Below, piece after piece: positions 45,966 through 55,322 of a stretch of DNA of 64,000 nt (position 1 is its first letter; the number at the start of each line of letters is the position of its first letter). The translations under genes and the position numbers were made by a program. The stretch covers positions 7,160 through 71,159 of the forward strand of contig JBDTNY010000127.1 in the NCBI GenBank assembly GCA_039933515.1. Direction: 5' to 3'. The DNA comes from Actinomycetota bacterium (GTDB lineage Bacteria; Actinomycetota; UBA4738; HRBIN12). The notes below the pieces were generated by a model that was given only the letters and a program-made list of their open reading frames with translations, ran no database searches and was not told where the DNA came from.

Positions 45966-46919
45966 ATGGATACTGACGCCACGTTGCCGCCGCCGCCTTC
46001 CTCGGTGGAGCAGTGCTACCGCCACCCCCAGATCTCCACCGGGGTGCACTGCACGAGGTGTGGACGTCCGATCTGCCCCGACTGCATGCGCTCGGCCCCC
46101 GTCGGGCACCATTGCCCGACGTGCGTGGATGAGGCGCGCCGGGAGTTCCGGCAGGGCCCCGGACGCCGGATCGCCGTCGCGAACGCCAAGGCGACCTCCG
46201 TGACCGTCGTGCTGCTCGTCGCGATCGGGGCGGTGTACCTGCTCGAATTGATCCAAGGGGGCGCCGCAGCGCTCCTGGAAGGGCCGCTCCCACCGGTGCT
46301 GATCAAGATGGGTGGGGCGGTCGGCCTCGCCCAGATCTCAGCCGACAGCCCGGTGATCGGGATCGCCACGGGGCAGACATGGAGGCTCTTCACCGCGATG
46401 TTCCTCCACGCGGGCCTGCTGCACCTCGCCTTCAACGCCTACGCGCTCTGGATCTTCGGCACGGTCGTGGAGCAGGAGCTCGGCCGGGTGCGGTTCGCGA
46501 CGGTCTATCTGCTGACCGGCATTGCCGCCAGCGCCGCCTCGTACGCGTTCATGCCCGGGGTCACCACCGTCGCGGTGGGGGCATCCGGGGCCGTGTTCGG
46601 GGTGTTCGGTGCGTTGGTGGCGTGCAACTGGAAGCGACGCCACACCGCGTTGGGCGCCTCGCGCCTGCGGAGCGCACTCTTCATCCTGCTGATCAACGCC
46701 TTCATCGGGTTCTCGTCGGGCGGCGTGATCGACTGGCGCGCGCACGCCGGCGGGTTCGTCGCGGGATTGCTGATGGGCTTCGCCGCCGAGGGCTACGGCC
46801 GGCCCTCGATCCGCAGATTCACCTTCGCGATCGGTGCGCTCGCGGTGATCGGCGTGACGGTGAGCCTGGTCCTGTGGCGGACCGCGGAGATCAAGCAGCT
46901 CTTCCCGCAGGTGTTCTGA
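45966..46919 (+). CDS. rhomboid-family intramembrane serine protease with N-terminal zinc ribbon
   Basis: CxxC..CPxC ribbon (CYRHP..CTRCGRPICPDC..HHCPTC). Rhomboid GxSG (AVGASGAVFG) and catalytic His (AHAGG). Confidence 0.75.
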   Translation: MDTDATLPPPPSSVEQCYRHPQISTGVHCTRCGRPICPDCMRSAPVGHHCPTCVDEARREFRQGPGRRIAVANAKATSVTVVLLVAIGAVYLLELIQGGAAALLEGPLPPVLIKMGGAVGLAQISADSPVIGIATGQTWRLFTAMFLHAGLLHLAFNAYALWIFGTVVEQELGRVRFATVYLLTGIAASAASYAFMPGVTTVAVGASGAVFGVFGALVACNWKRRHTALGASRLRSALFILLINAFIGFSSGGVIDWRAHAGGFVAGLLMGFAAEGYGRPSIRRFTFAIGALAVIGVTVSLVLWRTAEIKQLFPQVF

Positions 46920-46966
46920 CCCGGTCGCCGGTCGAAACCTGGCGTCACGTGCCCACGTGGCGCGGC

Positions 46967-48466
46967 TCAGCGTTCCGCGTCGGCGAACCCGTACAGGTAC
47001 CCCTGACGGGTCCCGAAGTAAAGCCATCCCTTCCAGACGGCCGGTGTCGACTCCACGCACCCGTTGAGATGGACCTTCCACAGAAGTGTGGGCTCCACGC
47101 TCACATCCGCGACGTCCCACGCATAAACGTCGCCGGTGCAGTCGCCCAGGATCAGCACGCCGTCGACCACGACGGGCGAGGAGATCGAGGGCGCGCTCAC
47201 CTTCAATTCGTGCACGATCTGCCCGGTCTCCCTCGAGACCTGCAGCACCCGGCCGGCCGCCGTGGAGAAGTAGACGATCGGGCCGTACAGCGCCGGGGTG
47301 GACCAGCTCCCGCCCGCACCCTCGAAGCCGATCTCGCGCGCGGAGATGGACCACACGAGCGGATCATCGGGCGAGGACGGGTCGAGCTTCAGCAGCTGAC
47401 CGACCTCGCGGGACCGATCGTTGAAACGCTGGTACTCCGCCGCCGCGTAGATGAACCCTTGGCCGTCGAGCACGAGCGACGCGTCGATGTCGTCGCCTGC
47501 CCAGAAACGGAACACCTGCTCGAACCCGCTACCTCCGGCGAGCAGATCCGAGATGTCCCACCCCTGGATCAGGCCGCCTGAGTTCGCGAAGTACACGACC
47601 CCGTCGCGGAACGCGACCGAGTTCTCGATCGACACCTCGCGGTCCCCGATATCGCTCAGGAGCTGCTGGTCGAAGCCGGGGATGGTGGCCACCACCACCG
47701 GGTCGACCGTCACGAGGCCCTTCGTATCGTAGCCGCGGTTGAGTCGGATCACGTAGCACCAGCCGTTCTCGCCCCCTTCGATCAGGTAGTCGTCCACCAC
47801 GAGGGCCGCCCCGTCCCAGTCGTTGTTGCGGAGCGGGCCGGGCGCCGAGATGTCGGCGTTGAGCTGCCACAGCACGGTGGGTTCGGCCCGGTCGAGGGCC
47901 ACCACGCGGAGGTAGTTGTCGCGCGAACCCGCGTAGTACAGCGGGAACCCGTCGGGGTCGGAGGTGGCCGACCCTTTCGCGAGATCGCGCGTCTGTAGTG
48001 AGGGACGCACGGGCAGACCCGTGAGCCCGTCGACGAAATGATAGGCCCCGTCGTACGCACCCTCGCGCACCTCGACGGAGCCGTCGCCGTGCTCGATCAC
48101 GTTCGGTTGGCCGGTCCAGCCCGTGCCGCACCACTCGTCGCGCTGGATCCCGACCACCGAGTTCATGCACATCTTGGCCGCCGGCTCGCGCCAGCGAACC
48201 ACGGGGGCGCGCGGGACTGGACCCTCGCCGTAATAGGACCGGGAGTCGTTGCCACGGAAGGTGGTCAGTCCCTCGAAGGCATGGTTGGCCGGCCCGGGCG
48301 TCCGGAACTCGGCCGGGGACGGCAGCGCCCCGCTCGGCTCACCGTCGCCCTGCCCGCCGCGCACCACGGCGACCCCCGCCGCCCCCACTACGAGCGCGAC
48401 GGCGACGGCCAGCACGACCGCGGTGCGGGGCGTGATCAACGGACGCGCCGACGACATGAGGCTCAT
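46967..48466 (-). CDS. PQQ-like beta-propeller repeat protein, N-terminally membrane-anchored
   Basis: N-terminal TM (AVVLAVAVALVVGAAGV) followed by repeated ...GxLYAxDxxTG-like blades. Confidence 0.6.
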   Translation of the reverse strand: MSLMSSARPLITPRTAVVLAVAVALVVGAAGVAVVRGGQGDGEPSGALPSPAEFRTPGPANHAFEGLTTFRGNDSRSYYGEGPVPRAPVVRWREPAAKMCMNSVVGIQRDEWCGTGWTGQPNVIEHGDGSVEVREGAYDGAYHFVDGLTGLPVRPSLQTRDLAKGSATSDPDGFPLYYAGSRDNYLRVVALDRAEPTVLWQLNADISAPGPLRNNDWDGAALVVDDYLIEGGENGWCYVIRLNRGYDTKGLVTVDPVVVATIPGFDQQLLSDIGDREVSIENSVAFRDGVVYFANSGGLIQGWDISDLLAGGSGFEQVFRFWAGDDIDASLVLDGQGFIYAAAEYQRFNDRSREVGQLLKLDPSSPDDPLVWSISAREIGFEGAGGSWSTPALYGPIVYFSTAAGRVLQVSRETGQIVHELKVSAPSISSPVVVDGVLILGDCTGDVYAWDVADVSVEPTLLWKVHLNGCVESTPAVWKGWLYFGTRQGYLYGFADAER

Positions 48467-48515
48467 GCTAACCGCGACCTCTTCGCGACCACCGAGGGCG
48501 AGCGACGCCCGGACG

Positions 48516-49337
48516 TCAGACCGGGTCGCCGGCCGAGGCGTACGAGCCGAGCACCCGCAGCAGCGACGTGTGCGCGGCCACCTCGGTGAGCGCGTCGCGG
48601 ACGTCGTTGTCGTCAGCAGCGGCCATCAGGTCGACGTAGAACACGTATTCGAAGGGCTTGCCTCGACGCGGCCGAGATTCCAGCTTGTGCAGGTTGATGC
48701 CTCGCGCCGCGAACGGGGCCAGGGACGCAAGCAAGGAGCCCGGCTCGTCGAGCACCGCCATCACGAGCGAAGTCTTGTCGGGTTCAGCCAGCCGTGGGTC
48801 GCTCATGCCGATCGCCGCGAACTTCGTGAAGTTCTCCTTCTCGGTCTGGATCCGCTCGGCGAGGACCGCGAGCCCCATCCGCGTTCCCGCTTCGACGCTC
48901 GCGATCGCGGCGTCCTCGCGATCGCCGCGCTCGGCGATCATCCGAGCCGCCCCCGCCGTGTCGTGCACGGGGACCGGGTCGATCCGCATCGACGAGAGGA
49001 ACTCCTCGCACTGCGCGAGTGCCTGCCAATGCGAGTACGCCCGCCGTATCCCTTCGAGGCGGCTGCCCGGGCTCGCGAGCAGCGCGTGGTCGACCCGCAC
49101 GACGGCCTCGCCGACGATATGCAACAAGCTGGTGTGCTGGAGGAGGTCGTAGACCTCGTTCACGGAGCCCGCCTGCGAGTTCTCGAGCGGCACCACGCCG
49201 AAGCCCGCCTCACCGCTCGTCACGCGGGAGAACACGAGGCGGACCGTGTCGCACGGCATCGGTGTCGCGTCCGGGAACAGCGAACGCACGGCGCGCTCGC
49301 TGTACGCGCCCGGCTCCCCTTGATACGCGACCTCCAT
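48516..49337 (-). CDS. pheA: prephenate dehydratase
   Basis: The C-terminal 273 aa of track ORF 48516..50600: PDT domain (VAYQGEPGAYSE, ESRP motif LHKLESRPRRGKPFEYVFYVD) plus ACT. ATG at 49337. Confidence 0.85.
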   Translation of the reverse strand: MEVAYQGEPGAYSERAVRSLFPDATPMPCDTVRLVFSRVTSGEAGFGVVPLENSQAGSVNEVYDLLQHTSLLHIVGEAVVRVDHALLASPGSRLEGIRRAYSHWQALAQCEEFLSSMRIDPVPVHDTAGAARMIAERGDREDAAIASVEAGTRMGLAVLAERIQTEKENFTKFAAIGMSDPRLAEPDKTSLVMAVLDEPGSLLASLAPFAARGINLHKLESRPRRGKPFEYVFYVDLMAAADDNDVRDALTEVAAHTSLLRVLGSYASAGDPV

Positions 49338-49526
49338 GGCGCGAGAGCCTAGCAGCGGCCCCTCGGCGCCCGGGTCGACGCGCACGCGGCTTAGGGCGAT
49401 CGGCCCCAGGGCCATCACCTGTCGCCCGATGCGCTTCGCGCAACGGGTCCGTAGCCTAGGCGGACCGGTGATACCCTCCCCTCGACCTGCGGGAACGCTC
49501 CGCCGCTGAGCGCAGCCCGTGACGGA

Positions 49527-51143
49527 ATGCAGCCCATGCAGACACCTTCTTGGACCACCCCGTCGCAGACGGACAGCGCCTTCCTCGACCTTCGCGACTA
49601 CGCGGGCGTGCTTCGCCGGCGCAAGAAGCTGGTGGGCATGGTCGCACTGGTCGCGGTCGGCTGCGCGGTGGCGTGGACCGCCGTGCAACCGCGCATCTAC
49701 TCGGCCACCGCCGAGATCCTGGTCCGCCCGCCGATCCTGGCCGTGGGCGACACCGCGTCGCCGCAGACCCTGAACGTGGAGAACGAACGGCAGATCGCGA
49801 TGTCGGTTCCCGTCGCCGCGCTCGCCGCCGAAGGCATGGGCGGGGGGCTCACCCCCCGCGAGATGGTCGCTGCGACCGACGTCACCGTTACCAAGGATGC
49901 CGACGTGCTCCAGATCCGGTTCAGCGACCGCGACGCGCGGCTCGCCGGCCGCGGCGCGAATGCGGTGGCTGAGGCCTACCTCGCATACAAGACCCAGCAG
50001 GCACGAGCGACGATCGACGGGAAGGTCGCCGTGCTCAAGGAGCGCCTCGCGGCCCTCGCCGGCAACAAGGGCAGCTCCGCCTCGATCGCCCTGCTCAACC
50101 AGCAGCTGGCCCAGGTGCAATCGACCACGATCGACGCGGGCGAGGTCCTGGCGGCAGCCGAGACCCCTGGCTCGCCAGGCAGCCCCAACCTGCCGATGAA
50201 CATCGCGCTCGCGCTGTTCGCCGGCATGCTCGTCGGGGTGTTCGGCGCGTTCGCGCGCGAGCGCATGGACGATCACCTGCACGGGCGCATGGATCTCGAG
50301 GGCACGATCGGGGCTCCCGTCATGACGATGATCCCGACCGTCCCCGGCTGGCGCGACCGCGGAGAGACGCACCTGGTGACGCTCGAGTCGCCACGCAGCC
50401 CCGCCGCCGAGGCGTATCGGACCTTGCGCACCAGCATGTTCGTCGCCGCCGCCGAACACGGCATCAAGAGTGTGATGGTGGTGTCGGCGCTCGCCGGCGA
50501 GGGCAAGAGCACCACGGCCGCGAATCTGGCGGTGACGCTCGCGCAGGCCGACAAGAAGGTCGTGCTCGTCTCGGCCGACCTTCGCCGCCCACGGGTCCAT
50601 GAGTTCTTCGGTCTGGCCGGCGACCGGGGCCTCTCAGAGGTGCTCGAAGGCGATCGGCGGGCATGGGAGTCATTGCGCAGCGGGCGCATCGACAACCTCT
50701 GGGTGATGTCGAGCGGGAAGATCTCGAGTCACCCGACCGAGCTGCTGCAGTCACACGAGATGCAGGAGCTGATCGCCGAGCAGCGTGAGGTCGTCGACTT
50801 CATCGTGATCGACTGTCCGCCGGTGCTCGCCGTGGCCGACGCGCTCGTGCTGGCGCCGCTCGTGGACTGCGTGCTGTACGTCGCCGACGCCGGCGCCACG
50901 CCGCGCGGAGCGGTCGTGCAGGCACGGGCGCAGCTCGACCAGGTCGGGGCGCGGGTCTTGGGGGCCGTCCTGAACAACGTCGACGCCGGCTCGACGGGCT
51001 ATGCCTACTACGGCGCGCAGTACGGGTACGACGAGGGCCCGGCCTCGCCCGTCACGATCGCCGGGGACATGTGGACCGCCGGGAACAAGGCCGGCAGGCT
51101 GAGCGGCCGGCTCGAGGCGCTTCGCCGCCGGTCCGCCAGCTGA
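49527..51143 (+). CDS. polysaccharide-biosynthesis tyrosine autokinase (Wzc/CpsD-like: chain-length determinant plus BY-kinase)
   Basis: Wzz-like N-terminus with 2 TM, Walker A AGEGKSTTAANLA, Walker A' VVLVSADLRRP, Walker B VVDFIVIDCPP, C-terminal Tyr-rich tail (YAYYGAQYGY). Confidence 0.8.
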   Translation: MQPMQTPSWTTPSQTDSAFLDLRDYAGVLRRRKKLVGMVALVAVGCAVAWTAVQPRIYSATAEILVRPPILAVGDTASPQTLNVENERQIAMSVPVAALAAEGMGGGLTPREMVAATDVTVTKDADVLQIRFSDRDARLAGRGANAVAEAYLAYKTQQARATIDGKVAVLKERLAALAGNKGSSASIALLNQQLAQVQSTTIDAGEVLAAAETPGSPGSPNLPMNIALALFAGMLVGVFGAFARERMDDHLHGRMDLEGTIGAPVMTMIPTVPGWRDRGETHLVTLESPRSPAAEAYRTLRTSMFVAAAEHGIKSVMVVSALAGEGKSTTAANLAVTLAQADKKVVLVSADLRRPRVHEFFGLAGDRGLSEVLEGDRRAWESLRSGRIDNLWVMSSGKISSHPTELLQSHEMQELIAEQREVVDFIVIDCPPVLAVADALVLAPLVDCVLYVADAGATPRGAVVQARAQLDQVGARVLGAVLNNVDAGSTGYAYYGAQYGYDEGPASPVTIAGDMWTAGNKAGRLSGRLEALRRRSAS

Positions 51144-51145
51144 CC

Positions 51146-53107
51146 ATGGCGACAGCCGTCGACCAGCACCTCAGACGGCACTGGCTCCGGCGGATCGTCG
51201 CGGTCGCGACGATCCTTGCGCTCTGCGCCGGAGCCCTGGTCGCGTTCGCGATCGTCGCGACCACCGGCCTGCGTCGCGACCTCGAAAGGGGTGCCGCCGC
51301 GCTTCACAAGGGCCGCCAGGCGGTGAGCTACGGCAACCTCATCGACGCCCGCGCGTCATTCGAAGACGCGGCGCGGCGGTTCGATGACGCCGCCGCCGCA
51401 GGTCACGCAGGCGCGTCCGGCATGGTGGCGGCACTGCCGATCCTCGGCCGCAACGTCGATGTGGCCCAAGGGGTGGCGCTCGCGGGGCGCGATCTCGCCG
51501 ATGCGGGCACCCAGCTCGTCGACGTGGTTGCGCAGCTCCCTGACGGACTCGGCTCGCTCGCGCCACAGAACGGCGTGATCCCGCTGGAGGCGATCTCCGG
51601 CCTGGGCGGGGACATCGCCGGCGTGGCCCGGCGAGCGCATCGTGCCGTCGAGCTGATCGAAGGCACCCCGTCCACCATGCTCTTCGGATCTGTGGCCCAG
51701 GCGCGGTTCGAGGCCGTGCGCGACGTGCGGCGGGTCGCCGACGCGCTGGACGCCACCACAGCCCTGCTCGGCGGCCTGCCTTCGTTCGCGGGCGCCCAGG
51801 GGCCTCGCCACTACTTCTTCGTGGCCGAGAGCCCCGCGGAAGCGCGCGGCACGGGCGGGATCTGGGGTGCCTGGGCGATCCTCACGGTCGAGCAGGGGCG
51901 GTTCTCGTTCTCGGAGTTCCAACCGATCCAGCGGCTTCCCGACCTCCCGCCGGGGCGGGTGCCCGCGCCGAACCCCGACTATCGGCGCAACTACGACCAG
52001 TACGGCGGGGCGGGGTTCTGGCGGAACATGAATCTCACCCCCGACTTCCCTTCCGCGGCTCGTGCGGTCCTCGCGGCCTACGAGATCGTGGACGGCCGCG
52101 CCCTCGACGGGGTGCTCAGCGCCGATCCGTTCGCGCTCGCAGAGCTGCTCGACGTCACCGGCCCAACGAGGATCCCCAGTCTCGGCGTGACGCTCGGGGC
52201 CGGCAACGTCGTCGACTTCATGACGAACGAGGCCTACATCCGCTTCCCGGGCGCGTCGCTCGAGCGCAAGGGACTACTGGGCACGGTGGCAGGAGGTGCA
52301 TTCGAACGCTTCCTCGGGATGGACGTCCACGGGGTGGCGCGTCTCCGCGCCGTCGCCGACGCGGTGGCCGGGGGGCACCTGAAGATATACACCACGGACG
52401 CGGCGATGCAGGATGGCCTCGGCCTCGCCCATGCGGACGGTGCCTTCGCCGCTCCCCGGGGCGACATGGTGGCAGTCGTGCTGAACAGCCGCTCGGGCAG
52501 CAAGGTCGACTTCTATGCCCATCGAACGGTCGACTACGACGTGGTGCTCGGTGGCAATGGCGAGGCGATCGGCACGACCTCCGTGGCGATCCGCAACGAC
52601 GCGCCCGATCACGGGTTGCCGGGATTCGTGATCGATCCGCTGGCTGCCGGCGGTGAACCCGGCGACAACATCGCGCTCCTCACCGTGAGCTGCCCCGACC
52701 CCTGCGACCTCGTCGAGGCCCAGCGTGACGGACGCGACCAGGGCATGCGCGTGGGCTCCGAACTCGGCTTCCCCTGGTACCAGGACTTCTTCACGATCCC
52801 GTCGGGGGACACGGGCACGCTCCGCCTGGTCACCAAACGCGAAGGGGTGTGGGCGGGGAACTCGTCGGAAGGGAGCTACCGCCTCACCGTGCTCACGCAG
52901 ACCTCGATCGCGCCCACCGAGGTCTCGGTCACGATCCATGCTCCCGAGGGCACGCGGATCACGTGGGCGAGCGAGGAGATGGCGGTGGACGGAGGTACCG
53001 CGGTCTGGCGCGGCACGCCGGGACCCCGGCTCGAGCTGGAGGTCCGTTTCTCTGCACCGGTGCCGCTGCGGTGGTGGCGCAACCTCGCGCGCGAGCTCCC
53101 ATTCTAG
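51146..53107 (+). CDS. DUF4012-domain protein (N-terminally anchored, EPS-locus associated)
   Basis: ATG at 51146 directly follows the wzc TGA. N-terminal TM, then a long extracellular region. This family is common in actinobacterial EPS loci. Confidence 0.55.
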   Translation: MATAVDQHLRRHWLRRIVAVATILALCAGALVAFAIVATTGLRRDLERGAAALHKGRQAVSYGNLIDARASFEDAARRFDDAAAAGHAGASGMVAALPILGRNVDVAQGVALAGRDLADAGTQLVDVVAQLPDGLGSLAPQNGVIPLEAISGLGGDIAGVARRAHRAVELIEGTPSTMLFGSVAQARFEAVRDVRRVADALDATTALLGGLPSFAGAQGPRHYFFVAESPAEARGTGGIWGAWAILTVEQGRFSFSEFQPIQRLPDLPPGRVPAPNPDYRRNYDQYGGAGFWRNMNLTPDFPSAARAVLAAYEIVDGRALDGVLSADPFALAELLDVTGPTRIPSLGVTLGAGNVVDFMTNEAYIRFPGASLERKGLLGTVAGGAFERFLGMDVHGVARLRAVADAVAGGHLKIYTTDAAMQDGLGLAHADGAFAAPRGDMVAVVLNSRSGSKVDFYAHRTVDYDVVLGGNGEAIGTTSVAIRNDAPDHGLPGFVIDPLAAGGEPGDNIALLTVSCPDPCDLVEAQRDGRDQGMRVGSELGFPWYQDFFTIPSGDTGTLRLVTKREGVWAGNSSEGSYRLTVLTQTSIAPTEVSVTIHAPEGTRITWASEEMAVDGGTAVWRGTPGPRLELEVRFSAPVPLRWWRNLARELPF

Positions 53108-53192
53108 CGGCGCCGGTCACCGCCGAACCGGTCGACGACACGCAGGAACGCCCCGGGCTACCCCCGAGGCGTTCCGAAAGCGATCGTGATGG

Positions 53193-53432
53193 TTAGGCGG
53201 CGTGGGCCGCGCGACGGCGGGCCACGAACAGCGCTACGAGCCCGACGACCACGAGGATCGCCGCCACTAGGAGAGGGGTGGAGACATTGCCACCCGTGAA
53301 GGCGGTGCCTCCGCCGCTGCCGCTCACCACGGTGGTCGGGCTAGGGCTGTTCGTGTAGTCCGCAAGCGCGGTACCCGCCAGCGTGACAACCATGACGACG
53401 GCCCCCACGAGGATTCCGGCCATCCGCTTCAT
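53193..53432 (-). CDS. small secreted peptide (79 aa): signal peptide, Gly/Ser/Thr-rich core, C-terminal TM plus basic tail
   Basis: MKRMAGILVGAVVMVVTLAGTALA/DYTNSPSPTTVVSGSGGGTAFTGGNVSTPLLVAAILVVVGLVALFVARRRAAHAA. ATG at 53432 is preceded by GAAGGGA. A 7-bp hairpin (53463..53480) sits in the leader. Confidence 0.45.
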   Translation of the reverse strand: MKRMAGILVGAVVMVVTLAGTALADYTNSPSPTTVVSGSGGGTAFTGGNVSTPLLVAAILVVVGLVALFVARRRAAHAA

Positions 53433-53611
53433 GCTGGTGGATCCCTTCTGTCGCCTGTACGGCTCTCGGACGAGAGCCTCGATACGAGACCGATGATAGG
53501 CCGTTCGGGCTAACCGTCGCAACCACCGAAGGCCCATTCATGCAGGTCCAAAGGGCTTATACCCATAGGAGGGCCTCAAGAAACACGGTTGCGCCGGTCG
53601 ATACCACCGGT

Positions 53612-53803
53612 GTGAAGTTCAGGGCCTCTACCCTCGATCGAGTCGCCACGGCGTATGCCGAAGCTGTGGCCGCGGGCGACCTCGAGGCCGCCGAGGGCTG
53701 GTTCGCGACCGCCCGCTACGTGGCCGATCGCGAGGCCGAGCGCGAACGGGCGCCCCGCGCGTCGTGGCCCCCCGCACGAGCCCGTCGCCTCTCGCTTCGC
53801 TGA
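53612..53803 (+). CDS. hypothetical small protein (63 aa) - weak call
   Basis: GTG-initiated, high GC3 (VKFRASTLDRVATAYAEAVAAGDLEAAEGWFATARYVADREAERE..). No RBS and no recognisable family. Confidence 0.2.
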   Translation: MKFRASTLDRVATAYAEAVAAGDLEAAEGWFATARYVADREAERERAPRASWPPARARRLSLR

Positions 53804-53984
53804 CGGGATGCACCATCGTTCGGACGAGGACGTTCGGCCGTTCCCGCAGGCCAGGCCCACTGCTAGGCTCGCGCTACGGCGCTTCCCCCGACCCGCGCCG
53901 CCCTCGATGCCCCTGCCCTCGTCCGACCGAGTGAGTCTTCCTGTTCGCCCCCCGTGGGCGCCCTCGGGGCCTGCCTCCGACTCG

Positions 53985-55322
53985 ATGACCCGGGTCCGGC
54001 GCCACGCGGCTTGGCCGCTCCTCATGCTCTTTCCCATGCTGCCCCTGTGGTGGCTACTGGGCGTGGCGGGCTTCATCCTGCCGCTGATGGCGGTGCCGCT
54101 CATCGCGTCGCTGCTGGTCCGCCGGCGGATCACGGCCCCAAAAGGCATCGCGCTCTACCTGACGTTCCTGGTGTGGTGCGCGTTCTCGGCCACCCAGCTG
54201 AGCGACCCGAAACAGGCGCTCTCCCTCGTCTACCATGGGGGGATCTACGTGGCGGCCGGGGCGCTCTTCCTCTACGTCTTGAACCGCACGCGGCAGGAGT
54301 TGCCGACGGCCACCGTCGTCCGCTGCCTCGCCGTGTTCTTCGTGATCACGGTGGTCGGCGGCATCGTCGGGATGGTCATCCCGGCTGTCACGATCCCGAC
54401 CCCGGCCCGCGCGATGATGCCGGCACAGCTCCTGAACGAACGCTTCGTGAGCGACCTGGTCAGGGCCTCGACGTCGTCTGCCCGCGCGTTCGGCGCGTAT
54501 CCGATCCACCGACCCCAGGCGCCGTTCACCTACACGAACCAGTGGGGGGCGGCGTACGCGATGACGCTGCCCTTCGCGATCTGCGGGCTGGCCTTCGTGC
54601 GTCGCCGGCTCCATCGTGACCTGCTGCTGCTGGTGATCGTCCTCTCGGTCTTCCCGCTGGTCTTCTCCTTGAACCGCGGCGCGTGGCTATCGGTCGCCGC
54701 GGGCCTCGCGTACGCGACGCTGCGCTCAGCCCGCGGCCGCAACGCCCAACTGCTGAAGATCGCGGCACTCGGGTCGCTCGTGGTCGGCGCGTTGCTGTTC
54801 CTGACACCGCTGGGCGAGATCATCATGATCCGTCTGACGAACGGGTACGGCGATGCCCACCGAGCGGAGCTGTACGCGCAGTCGATCGAGCTCGTGCGCG
54901 CGTCGCCGATCCTCGGGCACGGGGCGCCCGTGATGGTGTCGGGGAACCTTTCGGCGGGTACCCACGGCCAGCTCTGGAACATCCTCGTCTCGCAGGGGGT
55001 CCCCGGACTCGTCCTGTTCGTCGGCTGGCTCGGGTGGGCCTGGTGGAAGGCCTCGAGACCGCTGGCGCCCACCGCCTCCGGCGACCGGTGGGTGCGGCTC
55101 TGGTGCGAGGTTGCGATCTTCGTCGCGGTCGTTCAGCTGCCGTTCTACGACCTGCTGCCGTGGGGCCTTCCGATCGCCATGGTGGCGGCGGCGCTTGCGT
55201 GGCGCGAGGGCGATCAGCTCGCAGGTCCCGCACGGCGGGCGGCCTCAGCGGCTACGGCCGCGGCGCCGTCCGCGGCGAACCGCGGGTTCGCCGGGGCACC
55301 GCGGACGGCGGCGCCCAGGTAG
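53985..55322 (+). CDS. O-antigen ligase / Wzy-like polysaccharide polymerase family membrane protein
   Basis: Multi-TM protein with a Wzy_C-type segment (LSLNRGAWLSVAAGLAYATL). Track ORF 53655 is extended. Start ATG at 53985 is uncertain. Confidence 0.6.
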   Translation: MTRVRRHAAWPLLMLFPMLPLWWLLGVAGFILPLMAVPLIASLLVRRRITAPKGIALYLTFLVWCAFSATQLSDPKQALSLVYHGGIYVAAGALFLYVLNRTRQELPTATVVRCLAVFFVITVVGGIVGMVIPAVTIPTPARAMMPAQLLNERFVSDLVRASTSSARAFGAYPIHRPQAPFTYTNQWGAAYAMTLPFAICGLAFVRRRLHRDLLLLVIVLSVFPLVFSLNRGAWLSVAAGLAYATLRSARGRNAQLLKIAALGSLVVGALLFLTPLGEIIMIRLTNGYGDAHRAELYAQSIELVRASPILGHGAPVMVSGNLSAGTHGQLWNILVSQGVPGLVLFVGWLGWAWWKASRPLAPTASGDRWVRLWCEVAIFVAVVQLPFYDLLPWGLPIAMVAAALAWREGDQLAGPARRAASAATAAAPSAANRGFAGAPRTAAPR

